Source: a virus. Taken from it: a DNA stretch of 64,000 nt. The position numbers and the translations under genes are program-made. Location of the stretch: IMG/VR virus record IMGVR_UViG_3300029787_000002, positions 1-64,000 of that record, one strand, 5' to 3'. Below, piece by piece: positions 10,818-21,553 of this stretch; within the stretch, counting starts at the first letter, position 1; every line of letters starts with the position of its first letter. The notes beneath the pieces were generated by a model that was not told the DNA's origin, ran no database searches, and saw nothing but the letters and a program-made list of their open reading frames with translations.

Positions 10818-13800
10818 ATGGCAAATAGAATTCAGTTAAGAAGAGGGGGTGCCCAAGAATGGGCAAACTCAAACCCAACCCTTGCTCAAGGTGAACTTGG
10901 CATTGAACTTGACACTGGTCGTTTTAAGATTGGTGATGGAGTTACTGCGTGGAACACTCTTCGGTACGAACGACCTGTCGAATCGACGTCTAATACTGCA
11001 AACACTCTTGTTCAGCGTGATGCTGATGGTAACTTCGCTGCAGGTACGGTAACTGCAACTCTTATTGGTAACTCTTCTACTGCTGCACGTCTTGCTTCAA
11101 CTAGACAAATTCAACTCTCTGGTGACGTACAAGCATCTGGTGTATTTGACGGTTCACAAAACCTTAACTTAACGTCTTCTATCAGTCTGATTTCTACATT
11201 ACCACATTATGATGGTACTGATACTGCTACAGGAACTTATACAAAAGTAACTATTGATGCTAAAGGTAGAGTTACAAATGCTACAAACCCAACAACTCTT
11301 GCAGATTATAACTTAAACGGAACTGTAGAAGGATCTTCTGCTCAACCGTATGACTTAGACCTTGTTGCTGTTGCAGGTCTTACCACTACAGGTTTGATTT
11401 CTAGAACTTCTGGTGGTGCAATGTCAACCAGAACTATTACAGGTACAGCAGGTAGAATCTCTATCAACGATGGTGGTGGTATCAATGGGAACCCCACAAT
11501 CGATATTATTACAACAGCAGTTGTCCCAGGAGATTATAATACTGAATCTTTAACATCTGTCTCAGGTGTGGGATCCAACTCAGAACCATTCGGTACTCAA
11601 ACTGTAAACGCTACGAAATTTACAGTGGACGACAGAGGTCGTCTAACTAGTGCTACGAATGTACCAATCGCTACTGCGACTGAAGGTAGTAAGTACAATA
11701 ACTATGCTGCAGGTACTACTTACGTTAGATATGATATCATTCAGAATGCCTCTAAGGTATACCAAGCAATCACTGGTATTGCTGCAGGTTCAGGTGCTCC
11801 TACTCATACTAGTGGTGATTCAGGCGGGTGGAGATATCTCGCTGCCGAGGCGACTGAACAGAAGGGACTTGCGTCCTTTGCACAGGAAGACTTTGACGTC
11901 GATGCCAATGGGCACGTTACAATCGCTGCAGTAGGTGTAGATAATAATCAATTACAAAACAATAGAATCGGTTTTGCTGATGGCAATACCGTAGAAAATT
12001 TTGAACTAGATCAAGAACTTACAGCAACATCTGGTTACAGAGGATTTAACTATCTAAATTATGTTAAGGTTAATGATACTAGTGGTAACCTACTGTTTGG
12101 CGCAAATAATACGGGGGACAGCGGAGCTGGCGAAGTTGATATCAATGTCCGTACCGTTATATCTGATCCTGACATTCTTCTTGATGGAGCAACTGCTCAA
12201 CAAATTGATAAGACTGGGGATGGAAACCTCAATATTGAACTGACACAGAATACTTCTTCTGCTAGAAACTTAACTATTGCTTCTACTAATGCAGGATCTG
12301 GTACAAGTACATTAACTGTTACTGCAGAAGATGTTGTTGACATCGATGCATCTGCTGCTACTGGTAAAGTACACGTTGAAGATTCAAGATTCCAAGATAA
12401 TTATATTGCAACTTCTAATGCTACCATGCACCTCGATCCAGGTGATGATAGAGCAATCACTGGATTAGTCAGAGTTCATGGAGATTTACAAGTAGATGGA
12501 ACAACTACAACAGTTAATTCAACGGTTACGACAGTTGATGATCCCATCATTACTCTCGGTGGTGACACTGCTCCTGCTAGTGATGACAATAAAGATCGTG
12601 GAGTTGAGTTCAGATATTTCGACTCTCAGGCAAGATTGGGATTCTTTGGTTACGATGATTCGTACACAGATCTCGGAGGACACGTCGGAGGATTCTCATT
12701 CCTCCACGACGCCACTAATACCTCAGAGGTCTTTAGCGGGACAGCGAGTGGTCTAGTTGCAGGTAACTTAAAACTTACAACAAATACAAACTCAACATCC
12801 AACACTACTGGAGACTTGGTAGTTGCAGGTGGTGCAGGTATTGGAGACGATGTTAATATTGGTGGATTACTAGATGTTGACGGGACATTCAGGGCAAACA
12901 GTACATCTAGATTTGATGATAATATTGTATTCCAAGGTGCTTCTAAAACACTACAAATTAATAATGGATCTGGAACTACAAAGATTGAGTTCCAATCTAC
13001 AACTGGTAACGCATCTATTGGCGGTGTAACTGATGTTACAGGTAACTTCAACGTTAACACTAACAAGTTCAATGTTGTTGCTGCTTCTGGTAATACTACA
13101 GTTGCAGGTACACTGGGTGTTACAAGTATTGCAACCTTCTCTAATAATATTGATGCAAACGGTGACGTTGCAATATCAGGTAACATTCACTCAGAAAGCA
13201 CAAATGATATTACTGCTGCCAAGAACGGAACATCTGGTGCTTGGGAGATCCAATCAAATGATTATGGTTCATTAAGAGTTGATGGTGGTGCATACGTTGC
13301 AGGTTCTGCTCTGATCGATGGTACGTTACACGTTAACGGTCCTCTTGAGATTAAGGATAGTGCGACAGAGACTGAATCTAGATTGAACTGGTTGAGAGTT
13401 AGATACAGAGGTCGTTTCGGTGATACTTATCAGGCATCTCCTTCCTACGCATCTCATAACTTCTCCACCTTAAAAGCACACGGTGGTGCAGGTATTATGA
13501 AATCCCTGTACGTTGGTGCTACAGGGTCAGGAGAGAAGTTCTCAGTTGGTAAAAAAGAAAATAGTGATACTGAGAAGTTTAGCGTTATTGGTGCAAGTGG
13601 TAACACAACTATTCAAGGTACATTACTTGTTGAAGATAATGTAAACTTCAATGGCACTCTCGATGTTGATGCTGATTTTGCAGTTAGAAACGGAACGACT
13701 GATAAGTTCTTTGTTGATAACGTAACTGGTAATACTAACATTGAAGGTACACTGACTGCTGATGGTCACACAGAATTAAATAGTACTCTTAACGTTGATA

Positions 13801-16800
13801 ACAATACAACACTTGGTGGTACACTTGTAGTTACAAGCACATCTGAGTTCAACGGAACCGTAGATGTTGATGCAAACTTTGCAGTCAGATCAGGTTCAAC
13901 TGATAAGATGACTGTTGCATCTTCCACAGGTAACATTGCAACTGATGGTACACTAACAGTTCAAGGTGAAACACAGATCATTGACTCTTTAATTGTCAAT
14001 GCATCTAATGAAAACTTCAAGATTCAAAATGGATCTGCAGTTGATAAGTTCACAGTTGATACTGATAACGGTAACACTGTTATTGCAGGTGAAACAACGA
14101 TTGGTGGTGCTACTCAAATTAATAATACTGTTGGTATTACTAATGTCACTTCAATTACTAGAAACACTCAGCAAACTCTGACTGGAAGTTATGCTGCTGA
14201 TGGTGCATTCCGTTTAACTGGTGGTGCAGGTATCGGTAAGAACCTTGCTATCGGTGAAGGATTAAGAGTCTATGGTGGAACAGAATTAACAGGTGCACTT
14301 GACCTTAATAGTAGTGCTGATATCTCTGGAGGATTAGTAACTCATGATAACGTAACGGTTACAGCAGATAATAAGTTCTTTAAAGTTCAGAACGGTTCTG
14401 GTGTAGACAAGTTTACTGTTGATACAGACAATGGTGATGTAGTTTCTCAAGGTCAACTAACTGTTGCAGGTGATACCGCATTACAATCTGATCTTGTTGT
14501 TACTGGAAACCTCACCGTTAACGGTACAACTTCTACTATTAACAGCACTGTTACTACAATCGATGATCCTATCATCACTGTTGGTGGCGACACTGCACCT
14601 GCATCTAACGATGGTAAAGATCGTGGTGTTGAATTCCGTTACTTTGATGGTTCTGCTAAACTCGGTTTCTTCGGTTTTGACAGATCCTCCTCAGAATTCG
14701 CACTCTTAACTAGTGCAAGTAACTCTTCTGAAGTATTCAGTGGTACTGACGGTGCATTAAGAATTGGTTCTATTCATGTTACAGGTGCAGGTACATCTGT
14801 TGACATTGATAATAACTTAAATGTTGATGGTACAGCAACAGTAGATGGTCAGATTATCTCTCAGGTATCATCTGGTCCTGCTCTTGTCATTCCTACAACT
14901 GACAAAATTAATAATCTTAACGCAGACTTACTCGATGGTATGACAACTGCGACTGCTGCAACAGTCTCTACAGTTGTAAATCGTGACTCATCTGGTGACT
15001 TTGCTGCTAATCAAATCACTGCTGCTAGTGCTACAGGATCTGGTGCAGGTTTCTTAGGTAACGCATCTACTGCTGATGCATGGAAGACTGCTAGAACATT
15101 CACCCTTAATGGTGTTGTTCAAGGTTCTGTATCTGTAGATGGTAGTGCTGCTCCAACAATCACAACAACATTCGTTGATGCTGATAGCACTGGTCTTGCT
15201 GCTATGTCTGGAACTGGTTATGTCGTAAGGACAGGAACTGGAACCTATGCACAGAGAACACTTGCTGTTACAGCATCCTCTGGTATTACACTTACTAATG
15301 CCGATGGTGTTGCAGGTAACACTACAATTAACGTTGCTTCTGCATCTACCAACTCTTCTAACAACCTTGTAATCAGAGACGCATCTGGTAACTTTGCTGC
15401 AGGAACTATCACTGCAAACCTTACTGGACAAGTTTCAGATATCTCAAACCATGATACTGGAGATCTAACAGAAGGATCTAATCTATATTACACTGACGAA
15501 AGAGTTGACGATAGAGTCAATGCTCTTATTACAGCAAGCACTGGTATTACTAAAGTTTATGATGACACTGCTAATACATATACACTCTCGGTCACTCAGT
15601 CCGATATCAATACTGATACAATAACTGAAGGATCAAGCAATCTCTTTACTACTGCTGCAAGAACTAGAACTCACTTTACATACGGAACTGGTATTACTCA
15701 TAGTTCTGGAACTCTATCAGTAACTCAAGCAGATATCGATACAGACAATGTAACTGAAGGATCAAGCAACCTGTTCACCACTGCTGCTCGGTCAAGGACA
15801 CACTTTACCTACGGAACAGGTATCGAATTGTCTGGTAGTGGTGAACTTTCTGTCACTCAAGCAGATATCAACACTGCTAATATCACTGAAGGATCTAATC
15901 TCTTCTATACTAATGCTAGGTTCGATACCCAATTAGCAACTAAGACTACTGCGAATCTTACTGAAGGATCTAACCTTTACTATACAAATGCTCGTGCTGA
16001 TGCAAGAGTTAACTTACAGACTGGTGCAAACTTAGACCTATCTAGTAAGTCTACTACTAACCTTTCAGAAGGAACTAATCAATATTATACAGAAGCAAAA
16101 GTTCAAACAAAACTTGACAGTGCATTTGAACAACTAAGAGCAATGTTAAACAACCTTGCTACATCAACTACACTTACACTAGGACTTAGTGGAGATCCAA
16201 CACCTGGTGCAGTTGTTACAACAGGAGTCAGTGTTGGTGGTGGCGGGGGATTCACAGGAGCAACAGGAGTCGCAACTTCTGGTGGAACTGGATCTAGTTT
16301 GACTGTTAATACTACAGTTGATTCTGATGGAAACATTACTGCTGCTGCAGTAAACGCAGGTGGTTCTGGATATCTAATCTCAGACACCGTTACAATCACC
16401 AATGCTAATGCAGGTAAGGTTCTTACATTAAACTTAGCAACATTATCTGGTGGAACAGGTTACACATCTGCAACTGGAGTCGCAGTTACTGGAGGATCTG
16501 GTTCTTCTATGACTGCTGACATTACAGCATCTGGTGGTGCTATTACTAACGTAACAGTTAATAATGGTGGAACTGATTTTGCTGCAGGTGAAACCATAAC
16601 TATTGTTAATGCTAATGCTTCTGGAATTAAGACTGTAGGTAACTTTGGTGCAACTGATGCAGCAAGAACTCCTGGCACTTATACCTTAGGCACATCTGAT
16701 TATTCTACTCAAGCATCTGGTGCTAGCGCAACATTTACCGTTGTGATTGGCACTGGTGGAACTGTTGATTCTGTTACCGTCACAGATGATGGATCTGGAT

Positions 16801-17129
16801 TCATTGTCAATGAGACTGTCACAGTTGCTGATGCACAACTTGGTGGTGGTGGCGGTGCTGCTCTCACCTTTGATGCTACAGCAATTCATGGTAATGGTGC
16901 AACAGTTAATATTGCTACCGTTGCAACTAATGCAACATTAACTCTTACTGACATCACAACGATGGAAGTTGGAGCAACAGTTACTGGAGCAACCTCTGGT
17001 ACTACTGGAGTTATAACCGCTATCGGTTCTACCTCAGTAACACTTGATAATGTTGACGGATTCTACAAAAAAGGAGAAGTCGTCAGTGCTAATGATGTTA
17101 CTACTTTGACAATATCCTCATTCAGTTAA
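10818..17129 (+). CDS. tail fibre / fibre-like structural protein, 2103 aa
   Basis: N-term RIQLRRG...NPTLAQGELGIELDTGRFKIGDG..W (Mtd-N-like fibre anchor); G/T/S/N-rich beta repeats; TEGSNLYYT repeats. Confidence 0.8.
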   Translation: MANRIQLRRGGAQEWANSNPTLAQGELGIELDTGRFKIGDGVTAWNTLRYERPVESTSNTANTLVQRDADGNFAAGTVTATLIGNSSTAARLASTRQIQLSGDVQASGVFDGSQNLNLTSSISLISTLPHYDGTDTATGTYTKVTIDAKGRVTNATNPTTLADYNLNGTVEGSSAQPYDLDLVAVAGLTTTGLISRTSGGAMSTRTITGTAGRISINDGGGINGNPTIDIITTAVVPGDYNTESLTSVSGVGSNSEPFGTQTVNATKFTVDDRGRLTSATNVPIATATEGSKYNNYAAGTTYVRYDIIQNASKVYQAITGIAAGSGAPTHTSGDSGGWRYLAAEATEQKGLASFAQEDFDVDANGHVTIAAVGVDNNQLQNNRIGFADGNTVENFELDQELTATSGYRGFNYLNYVKVNDTSGNLLFGANNTGDSGAGEVDINVRTVISDPDILLDGATAQQIDKTGDGNLNIELTQNTSSARNLTIASTNAGSGTSTLTVTAEDVVDIDASAATGKVHVEDSRFQDNYIATSNATMHLDPGDDRAITGLVRVHGDLQVDGTTTTVNSTVTTVDDPIITLGGDTAPASDDNKDRGVEFRYFDSQARLGFFGYDDSYTDLGGHVGGFSFLHDATNTSEVFSGTASGLVAGNLKLTTNTNSTSNTTGDLVVAGGAGIGDDVNIGGLLDVDGTFRANSTSRFDDNIVFQGASKTLQINNGSGTTKIEFQSTTGNASIGGVTDVTGNFNVNTNKFNVVAASGNTTVAGTLGVTSIATFSNNIDANGDVAISGNIHSESTNDITAAKNGTSGAWEIQSNDYGSLRVDGGAYVAGSALIDGTLHVNGPLEIKDSATETESRLNWLRVRYRGRFGDTYQASPSYASHNFSTLKAHGGAGIMKSLYVGATGSGEKFSVGKKENSDTEKFSVIGASGNTTIQGTLLVEDNVNFNGTLDVDADFAVRNGTTDKFFVDNVTGNTNIEGTLTADGHTELNSTLNVDNNTTLGGTLVVTSTSEFNGTVDVDANFAVRSGSTDKMTVASSTGNIATDGTLTVQGETQIIDSLIVNASNENFKIQNGSAVDKFTVDTDNGNTVIAGETTIGGATQINNTVGITNVTSITRNTQQTLTGSYAADGAFRLTGGAGIGKNLAIGEGLRVYGGTELTGALDLNSSADISGGLVTHDNVTVTADNKFFKVQNGSGVDKFTVDTDNGDVVSQGQLTVAGDTALQSDLVVTGNLTVNGTTSTINSTVTTIDDPIITVGGDTAPASNDGKDRGVEFRYFDGSAKLGFFGFDRSSSEFALLTSASNSSEVFSGTDGALRIGSIHVTGAGTSVDIDNNLNVDGTATVDGQIISQVSSGPALVIPTTDKINNLNADLLDGMTTATAATVSTVVNRDSSGDFAANQITAASATGSGAGFLGNASTADAWKTARTFTLNGVVQGSVSVDGSAAPTITTTFVDADSTGLAAMSGTGYVVRTGTGTYAQRTLAVTASSGITLTNADGVAGNTTINVASASTNSSNNLVIRDASGNFAAGTITANLTGQVSDISNHDTGDLTEGSNLYYTDERVDDRVNALITASTGITKVYDDTANTYTLSVTQSDINTDTITEGSSNLFTTAARTRTHFTYGTGITHSSGTLSVTQADIDTDNVTEGSSNLFTTAARSRTHFTYGTGIELSGSGELSVTQADINTANITEGSNLFYTNARFDTQLATKTTANLTEGSNLYYTNARADARVNLQTGANLDLSSKSTTNLSEGTNQYYTEAKVQTKLDSAFEQLRAMLNNLATSTTLTLGLSGDPTPGAVVTTGVSVGGGGGFTGATGVATSGGTGSSLTVNTTVDSDGNITAAAVNAGGSGYLISDTVTITNANAGKVLTLNLATLSGGTGYTSATGVAVTGGSGSSMTADITASGGAITNVTVNNGGTDFAAGETITIVNANASGIKTVGNFGATDAARTPGTYTLGTSDYSTQASGASATFTVVIGTGGTVDSVTVTDDGSGFIVNETVTVADAQLGGGGGAALTFDATAIHGNGATVNIATVATNATLTLTDITTMEVGATVTGATSGTTGVITAIGSTSVTLDNVDGFYKKGEVVSANDVTTLTISSFS
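15450..16100 (+). repeat. six intragenic T-x-N-L-T-E-G-S-N-L-(Y/F)-(Y/T)-T peptide repeats, including a ~43-codon tandem duplication
   Basis: DLTEGSNLYYT, TITEGSSNLFT, NVTEGSSNLFT, NITEGSNLFYT, NLTEGSNLYYT, NLSEGTNQYYT. Confidence 0.85.
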
Positions 17130-17135
17130 TAAAAA

Positions 17136-17942
17136 ATGTCTGCTACTAGACCCGCAAGTAAAACCGAATTAAAGAACTATGCTCTTCGTAGATTAGGATA
17201 TCCTACGATAGACATCAACGTTGCGACTGAACAACTTGATGATCTAATCGAAGAAGCAATTGATTATTACCAAGAGTATCACTACAATGGTAGTTATAAA
17301 ACCTTTATGAAAATTGAGGTTACTGATGCGATTAAGACTGCAGCACAAGGAAATACACAAGCAGGTTCTTCGGCATGGTATGAGCAAGATAATTATGTCG
17401 ATCTACCACCTGGAACTTTAGGAGTGAACCATGTATATTCTCAGATCGGTGCATCAAGTATCGTTCCTGGAAATATCTTTAACATTAAGTATCAAATCTT
17501 TTTGAATGACATCTATGCTATGACGCATGGTCACATTCTACATTACTTCTTAACTTCACAGTATCTTGAAACTCTTGACTGGGTAACTAACTCACAAAGA
17601 GATCGTAGAGTAAGATTTAATGAACATCAAGGTAGATTATATCTTGATATGGATTGGGGAGACATGACAGCAGGTGACTTCTTATTAGTTGAATGCAGTC
17701 TCAGACAAGATCCAGTTACATTCACAAGCATGTTTAATGACAACTGGTTGAAGGATTATGTGGAAGCATTATTCCAACAGCAGTGGGGAAGAAACCTAAG
17801 TAAGTATGATGGTATTCAAATGCTAGGCGGTGTCACCTTAAATGGTAGACAGATCTTAGATGATGCAAGTAAGTTCAAGACAGATCTTGAAGAAACACTT
17901 CGTACAACTTATGAACTTCCACCTTTAGACTTGGTAGGGTAA
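17136..17942 (+). CDS. gp13: neck protein gp13
   Basis: LKNYALRRLG.P.IDINV..EQ; QQWGRNLSKY..QMLGGVTLNG. Confidence 0.9.
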   Translation: MSATRPASKTELKNYALRRLGYPTIDINVATEQLDDLIEEAIDYYQEYHYNGSYKTFMKIEVTDAIKTAAQGNTQAGSSAWYEQDNYVDLPPGTLGVNHVYSQIGASSIVPGNIFNIKYQIFLNDIYAMTHGHILHYFLTSQYLETLDWVTNSQRDRRVRFNEHQGRLYLDMDWGDMTAGDFLLVECSLRQDPVTFTSMFNDNWLKDYVEALFQQQWGRNLSKYDGIQMLGGVTLNGRQILDDASKFKTDLEETLRTTYELPPLDLVG

Positions 17943-17948
17943 ACCGTA

Positions 17949-18875
17949 ATGGCAATTTCCAACACTCCCGCACAGGATTATGTACAATCAGACTATAGCA
18001 ACAGTGCAAGACTAAACATCAATGGTTCTGCTCAAGAGCAAAAGTTTATCGAAAACCTTATTGTAGAAACTATTGAGATTTATGGGCAAAACATTTACTA
18101 TGTTCCGAGAACGCTTGTCAACCGCGATTCGGTCTTTGGAGAAGACTCGGATTCAAAATTTGAAAGCGCGAAACCTATTAGAGCATACGTCAATAATGTT
18201 GAAGGATGGGAAGGACAAGGTGAGTTACTTAGCAAATTTGGAATCCGTATCGAAGACAAGACAACTTTTATATTCTCCCGTGAAAAATTTAAAACTGCTG
18301 TGGACGACAGTACGGTCCTTAACGTCGAAGGACGACCGAACGAAGGGGACTTAATTTGGTTTCCAGTAACTAAACACCTATTCTCAATCCAGTTTGTAGA
18401 AGCAGAAAAACCTTTCTATCAATTAGGAAAAGGATATGTTTGGGAATGTCAGTGTGAACTCTTCGAGTACAGCGACGAGGAAATCAATACTGGTATTGCA
18501 GATCTCGATGCTGTAGAAACTGCATTCGCAAATGCGATTACAGTTGGTCTTGTAGCAGGAGGTTCTGGTACATTTACAGCAGGTGAGACTATCACTGGTG
18601 GAACATCAAATGTAACTGCAGAGGTTAAGTCCTTTGATGCTGCTACTAGGACATTAATCGTAATCAACAGATCAGGCACCTTCCAGGTCCCTGAGACGGT
18701 CACTGGTGGCACTTCTAGTGCATCTTGGACAACTGCTACATATAATACGATTCAAAATGTCAACTCAGAGTTCGACCAGAACAACGACTTTGAGACTTTA
18801 GATAATGACATCATCGACTTTACCGAATCAAATCCATTTGGTTCAGTCGGATCAACAACTGATACTACAATCTAA
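17949..18875 (+). CDS. gp14: neck protein gp14
   Basis: E.IEIYG...YYVPR; LSKFG; RPNEGDLIWFP; PFYQLGK; CELFEYS.E. Confidence 0.9.
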   Translation: MAISNTPAQDYVQSDYSNSARLNINGSAQEQKFIENLIVETIEIYGQNIYYVPRTLVNRDSVFGEDSDSKFESAKPIRAYVNNVEGWEGQGELLSKFGIRIEDKTTFIFSREKFKTAVDDSTVLNVEGRPNEGDLIWFPVTKHLFSIQFVEAEKPFYQLGKGYVWECQCELFEYSDEEINTGIADLDAVETAFANAITVGLVAGGSGTFTAGETITGGTSNVTAEVKSFDAATRTLIVINRSGTFQVPETVTGGTSSASWTTATYNTIQNVNSEFDQNNDFETLDNDIIDFTESNPFGSVGSTTDTTI

Positions 18876-19906
18876 TGTTAGGAAATTATTCATACCACGA
18901 AATATTCAGAAAGACTATTGTTGCGTTTGGTACGCTATTCAACAATATCGAACTTCGTCGTCAAGATGAAGTGATGAAGGTGCCTTTGGCATATGGACCA
19001 AAAGATAAGTTCTTAGCACGTCTAGACCAAGTACCCGATCCTACAAACAAACGGGTGTCAATTACTCTACCCCGTATTGGTTTTGAGATCACTGGTATCA
19101 CCTACGATTCTTCTAGAAAGGTAGCACCAACACAGAAAATTAAAATTGCAAGTACAGCATCAAAGAATAAAAATACTTTTATGCCTGTCCCATATAATAT
19201 TGGGTTTGAATTAGCAATCATCTCTAAGAATCAGGAAGATGGATTGCAAATTATCGAACAAATTCTACCAGTATTTCAACCTCATTATAATCTTGCAGTT
19301 AAGTTACTGCCCGAAATGAGTGAGATCAGAGATATCCCTGTTGTGTTAAACGATATTGATTATGAAGATTCATATGAGGGAGACTTCTCTACCCGTAGAG
19401 CAATCATTTATACTTTACAATTTACTGCAAAGACATACTTATACGGACCTGTTACATCAGCATCGACTATCAAAAAGTCCACTCTCGAATACTATTCAAG
19501 TACCGATACAACAAAAGCACCAAGAGAGGTACGTTACCAAGCAACACCTATATCCTTACAGGATAGAGATGGAGTTGTTGCTACTACTCTTTCTTCTGCT
19601 ACAGATACAAATGATAATCTAATAGCAGTTGCTGATGCTAGTGGTATCGCTAAGTTCGATCACATCTATGTTGATACTGAACTTATGAGAGTTAGCAAGA
19701 AAGATGGTAACAATCTCACAGTAATTAGAGCACATGAAGGAACTGCTGCTGCAGCACACACTTCTGGTTCTAGTGTATTCTTAGTCAATACAGCAGATGC
19801 GGATCTCCTAGATAGTGACGACGACTTTGGTTTCGGTGAAATGAAATCTGAGTTTACAGATAATAAGAAACGAAACTTCGTAAGTGGTAATGATGAGGCA
19901 ATTTAA
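18875..19906 (+). CDS. gp15: tail sheath stabilizer/completion protein gp15
   Basis: IVAFGTLFNNI; KVPLAYGPK; LPRIGFE; QIIEQILP.FQP. Confidence 0.9.
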   Translation: MLGNYSYHEIFRKTIVAFGTLFNNIELRRQDEVMKVPLAYGPKDKFLARLDQVPDPTNKRVSITLPRIGFEITGITYDSSRKVAPTQKIKIASTASKNKNTFMPVPYNIGFELAIISKNQEDGLQIIEQILPVFQPHYNLAVKLLPEMSEIRDIPVVLNDIDYEDSYEGDFSTRRAIIYTLQFTAKTYLYGPVTSASTIKKSTLEYYSSTDTTKAPREVRYQATPISLQDRDGVVATTLSSATDTNDNLIAVADASGIAKFDHIYVDTELMRVSKKDGNNLTVIRAHEGTAAAAHTSGSSVFLVNTADADLLDSDDDFGFGEMKSEFTDNKKRNFVSGNDEAI

Positions 19907-20334
19907 TGGCAGATCCCTTCAGTGGTTTGAATGAAACGTTCGGAGCAGAACCCTCTGAACTACAGAAACATGTAGAAAATGTAAAACCAACTCTTAAGAA
20001 AACAGATTCTCAAGATGTAAAGCAGGACTATGAAATTAGTCGCGCTCAACTACATAATCTTGTAATGAAAGGACAGGAGGCAGTAGATGGAATACTTGAT
20101 GTGGCACGAGCGTCAGATCATCCTCGTGCTTATGAGGTGGCAGGGCAACTCATCAAGAATGTGGGAGATGTAGCAGACAAGTTAATTGATCTTCAGAAAA
20201 AGATGAAAGAACTTGATGCTGATGAAACTAAGATTACACATAATACTACTAATGCTTTGTTCGTTGGTAGCACTGCTGAGTTACAGAAAATGTTAAAGCA
20301 GCAAAAAGAGATAAATAAAAAGGACACGAAATAA
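19906..20334 (+). CDS. gp16: terminase small subunit gp16
   Basis: DYE.SR..L; HPRAYEVAGQLIK; NALFVGSTAELQK. Confidence 0.9.
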   Translation: MADPFSGLNETFGAEPSELQKHVENVKPTLKKTDSQDVKQDYEISRAQLHNLVMKGQEAVDGILDVARASDHPRAYEVAGQLIKNVGDVADKLIDLQKKMKELDADETKITHNTTNALFVGSTAELQKMLKQQKEINKKDTK

Positions 20335-20346
20335 CACGACACGACA

Positions 20347-20886
20347 ATGCCTGTATTAAAAGTATTAAGTACTAACGCTATCTCTGGATCAGCAACAGAA
20401 TATCAAGTAGTACAAACAGGATATTATAGAGTGCTTGCAACAGCAGCAGCATCTACAGTATCATTTAACGGTGGACCTGCTATCACACTGGTACAGAATG
20501 AAGCAATCCTCCTTAAGTCAGGAGCAAAACCTGGTCAAGCAAGAATTACTAAAGCAGTAGATGATAGTACTGCTGATTATCAACTTGGAGTTAACCTTGG
20601 TGAGATGACAAATACTCATCCATTCTCTGTTGATGATTTCATCGCTGTAGAAGATGATGGAACATCTCCTGCAATCAACTCAAACTTCCTATCTGCAGGA
20701 ACAGTAGGTAAGAAAGTTACTGCTGTAACTCCTAATAGCATTAGTACTGATGTTGATTCATCTAGTGCGCCTGCTGATTACAGTTTTGCATACTCTGGTA
20801 AGCAAGCAATAGTCAAGCGTGCAGTTGGAATCACTGCAGGTTCTGGCGCAATCATCGTTGAGGAAATCCAAGTAGTCGGAGGTTAA
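20347..20886 (+). CDS. hypothetical (probable virion) protein
   Basis: 179-aa beta-rich ORF after ATAAATA at 20311. Confidence 0.7.
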   Translation: MPVLKVLSTNAISGSATEYQVVQTGYYRVLATAAASTVSFNGGPAITLVQNEAILLKSGAKPGQARITKAVDDSTADYQLGVNLGEMTNTHPFSVDDFIAVEDDGTSPAINSNFLSAGTVGKKVTAVTPNSISTDVDSSSAPADYSFAYSGKQAIVKRAVGITAGSGAIIVEEIQVVGG

Positions 20887-20887
20887 C

Positions 20888-21553
20888 GTGGCAACGGTTA
20901 ATCAAGAGGCAGAACGTATTGTTCGTGGGATGAAAAAGAACCAACATAGGTTCAAAAAACTCTACGGAAAACGTGACAAAGAAGTAATGTACGCAACTGC
21001 AAACAAACTTGCACAAAAAGAACAATTGAAAGTTATGTATTACAAAGATTTTATTAACATTGTAGAAGGCAATCCCACTACTAGAATGCTAACCAAGTCT
21101 AAGACAAAACAGACTGGAAACATTTCTGCTGACAGAGGAACCGATGAAAAGAAAAACAGAGAGAGTAGAAAAGGACTTGAGAAAGACCTTAAAAAGAAAG
21201 GCATCGGTTACAAAAAGGGTGTCGGTGAGTATAAATATTCCTCAGGCGAAGGCACAGGACGTGAGGTTTCATACCAAACAAGTCCTGGCAAAGGAATGTC
21301 GAAGCGTCGTTTCGGCAAAGTCATGCGTCGTCTCGGTAGAAAGCATGGTCAGGAATCTGTAATCACTAAAGATAAGGACAAACCTGCAAGACTGCATGAT
21401 ACTGAATCTAAGAAGGGTAAAGAATATAAGTCTTTCGCTTTAGGTAAATCAAAGGCAGGAAAGAATCCTTCTGGTCAAGGAGAAACTTCTGGAACTAAAG
21501 TTAGAAGTGGAAAACTTGGAAAAACTAACAAACCTGCAATGCATTATAACTAA
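20888..21553 (+). CDS. highly basic hypothetical protein, putative internal head protein
   Basis: K/R-rich; FKKLYG..EVMYATA.K module; YKDFINIVE/G putative cleavage site. Confidence 0.65.
   Translation: MATVNQEAERIVRGMKKNQHRFKKLYGKRDKEVMYATANKLAQKEQLKVMYYKDFINIVEGNPTTRMLTKSKTKQTGNISADRGTDEKKNRESRKGLEKDLKKKGIGYKKGVGEYKYSSGEGTGREVSYQTSPGKGMSKRRFGKVMRRLGRKHGQESVITKDKDKPARLHDTESKKGKEYKSFALGKSKAGKNPSGQGETSGTKVRSGKLGKTNKPAMHYN

Noticed and set aside
10818-17129. Diversity-generating retroelement suggested by the Mtd-N-like fibre N-terminus and repeats
   Set aside because: No reverse transcriptase in the window; repeat copies differ at synonymous positions of all bases rather than only at adenines
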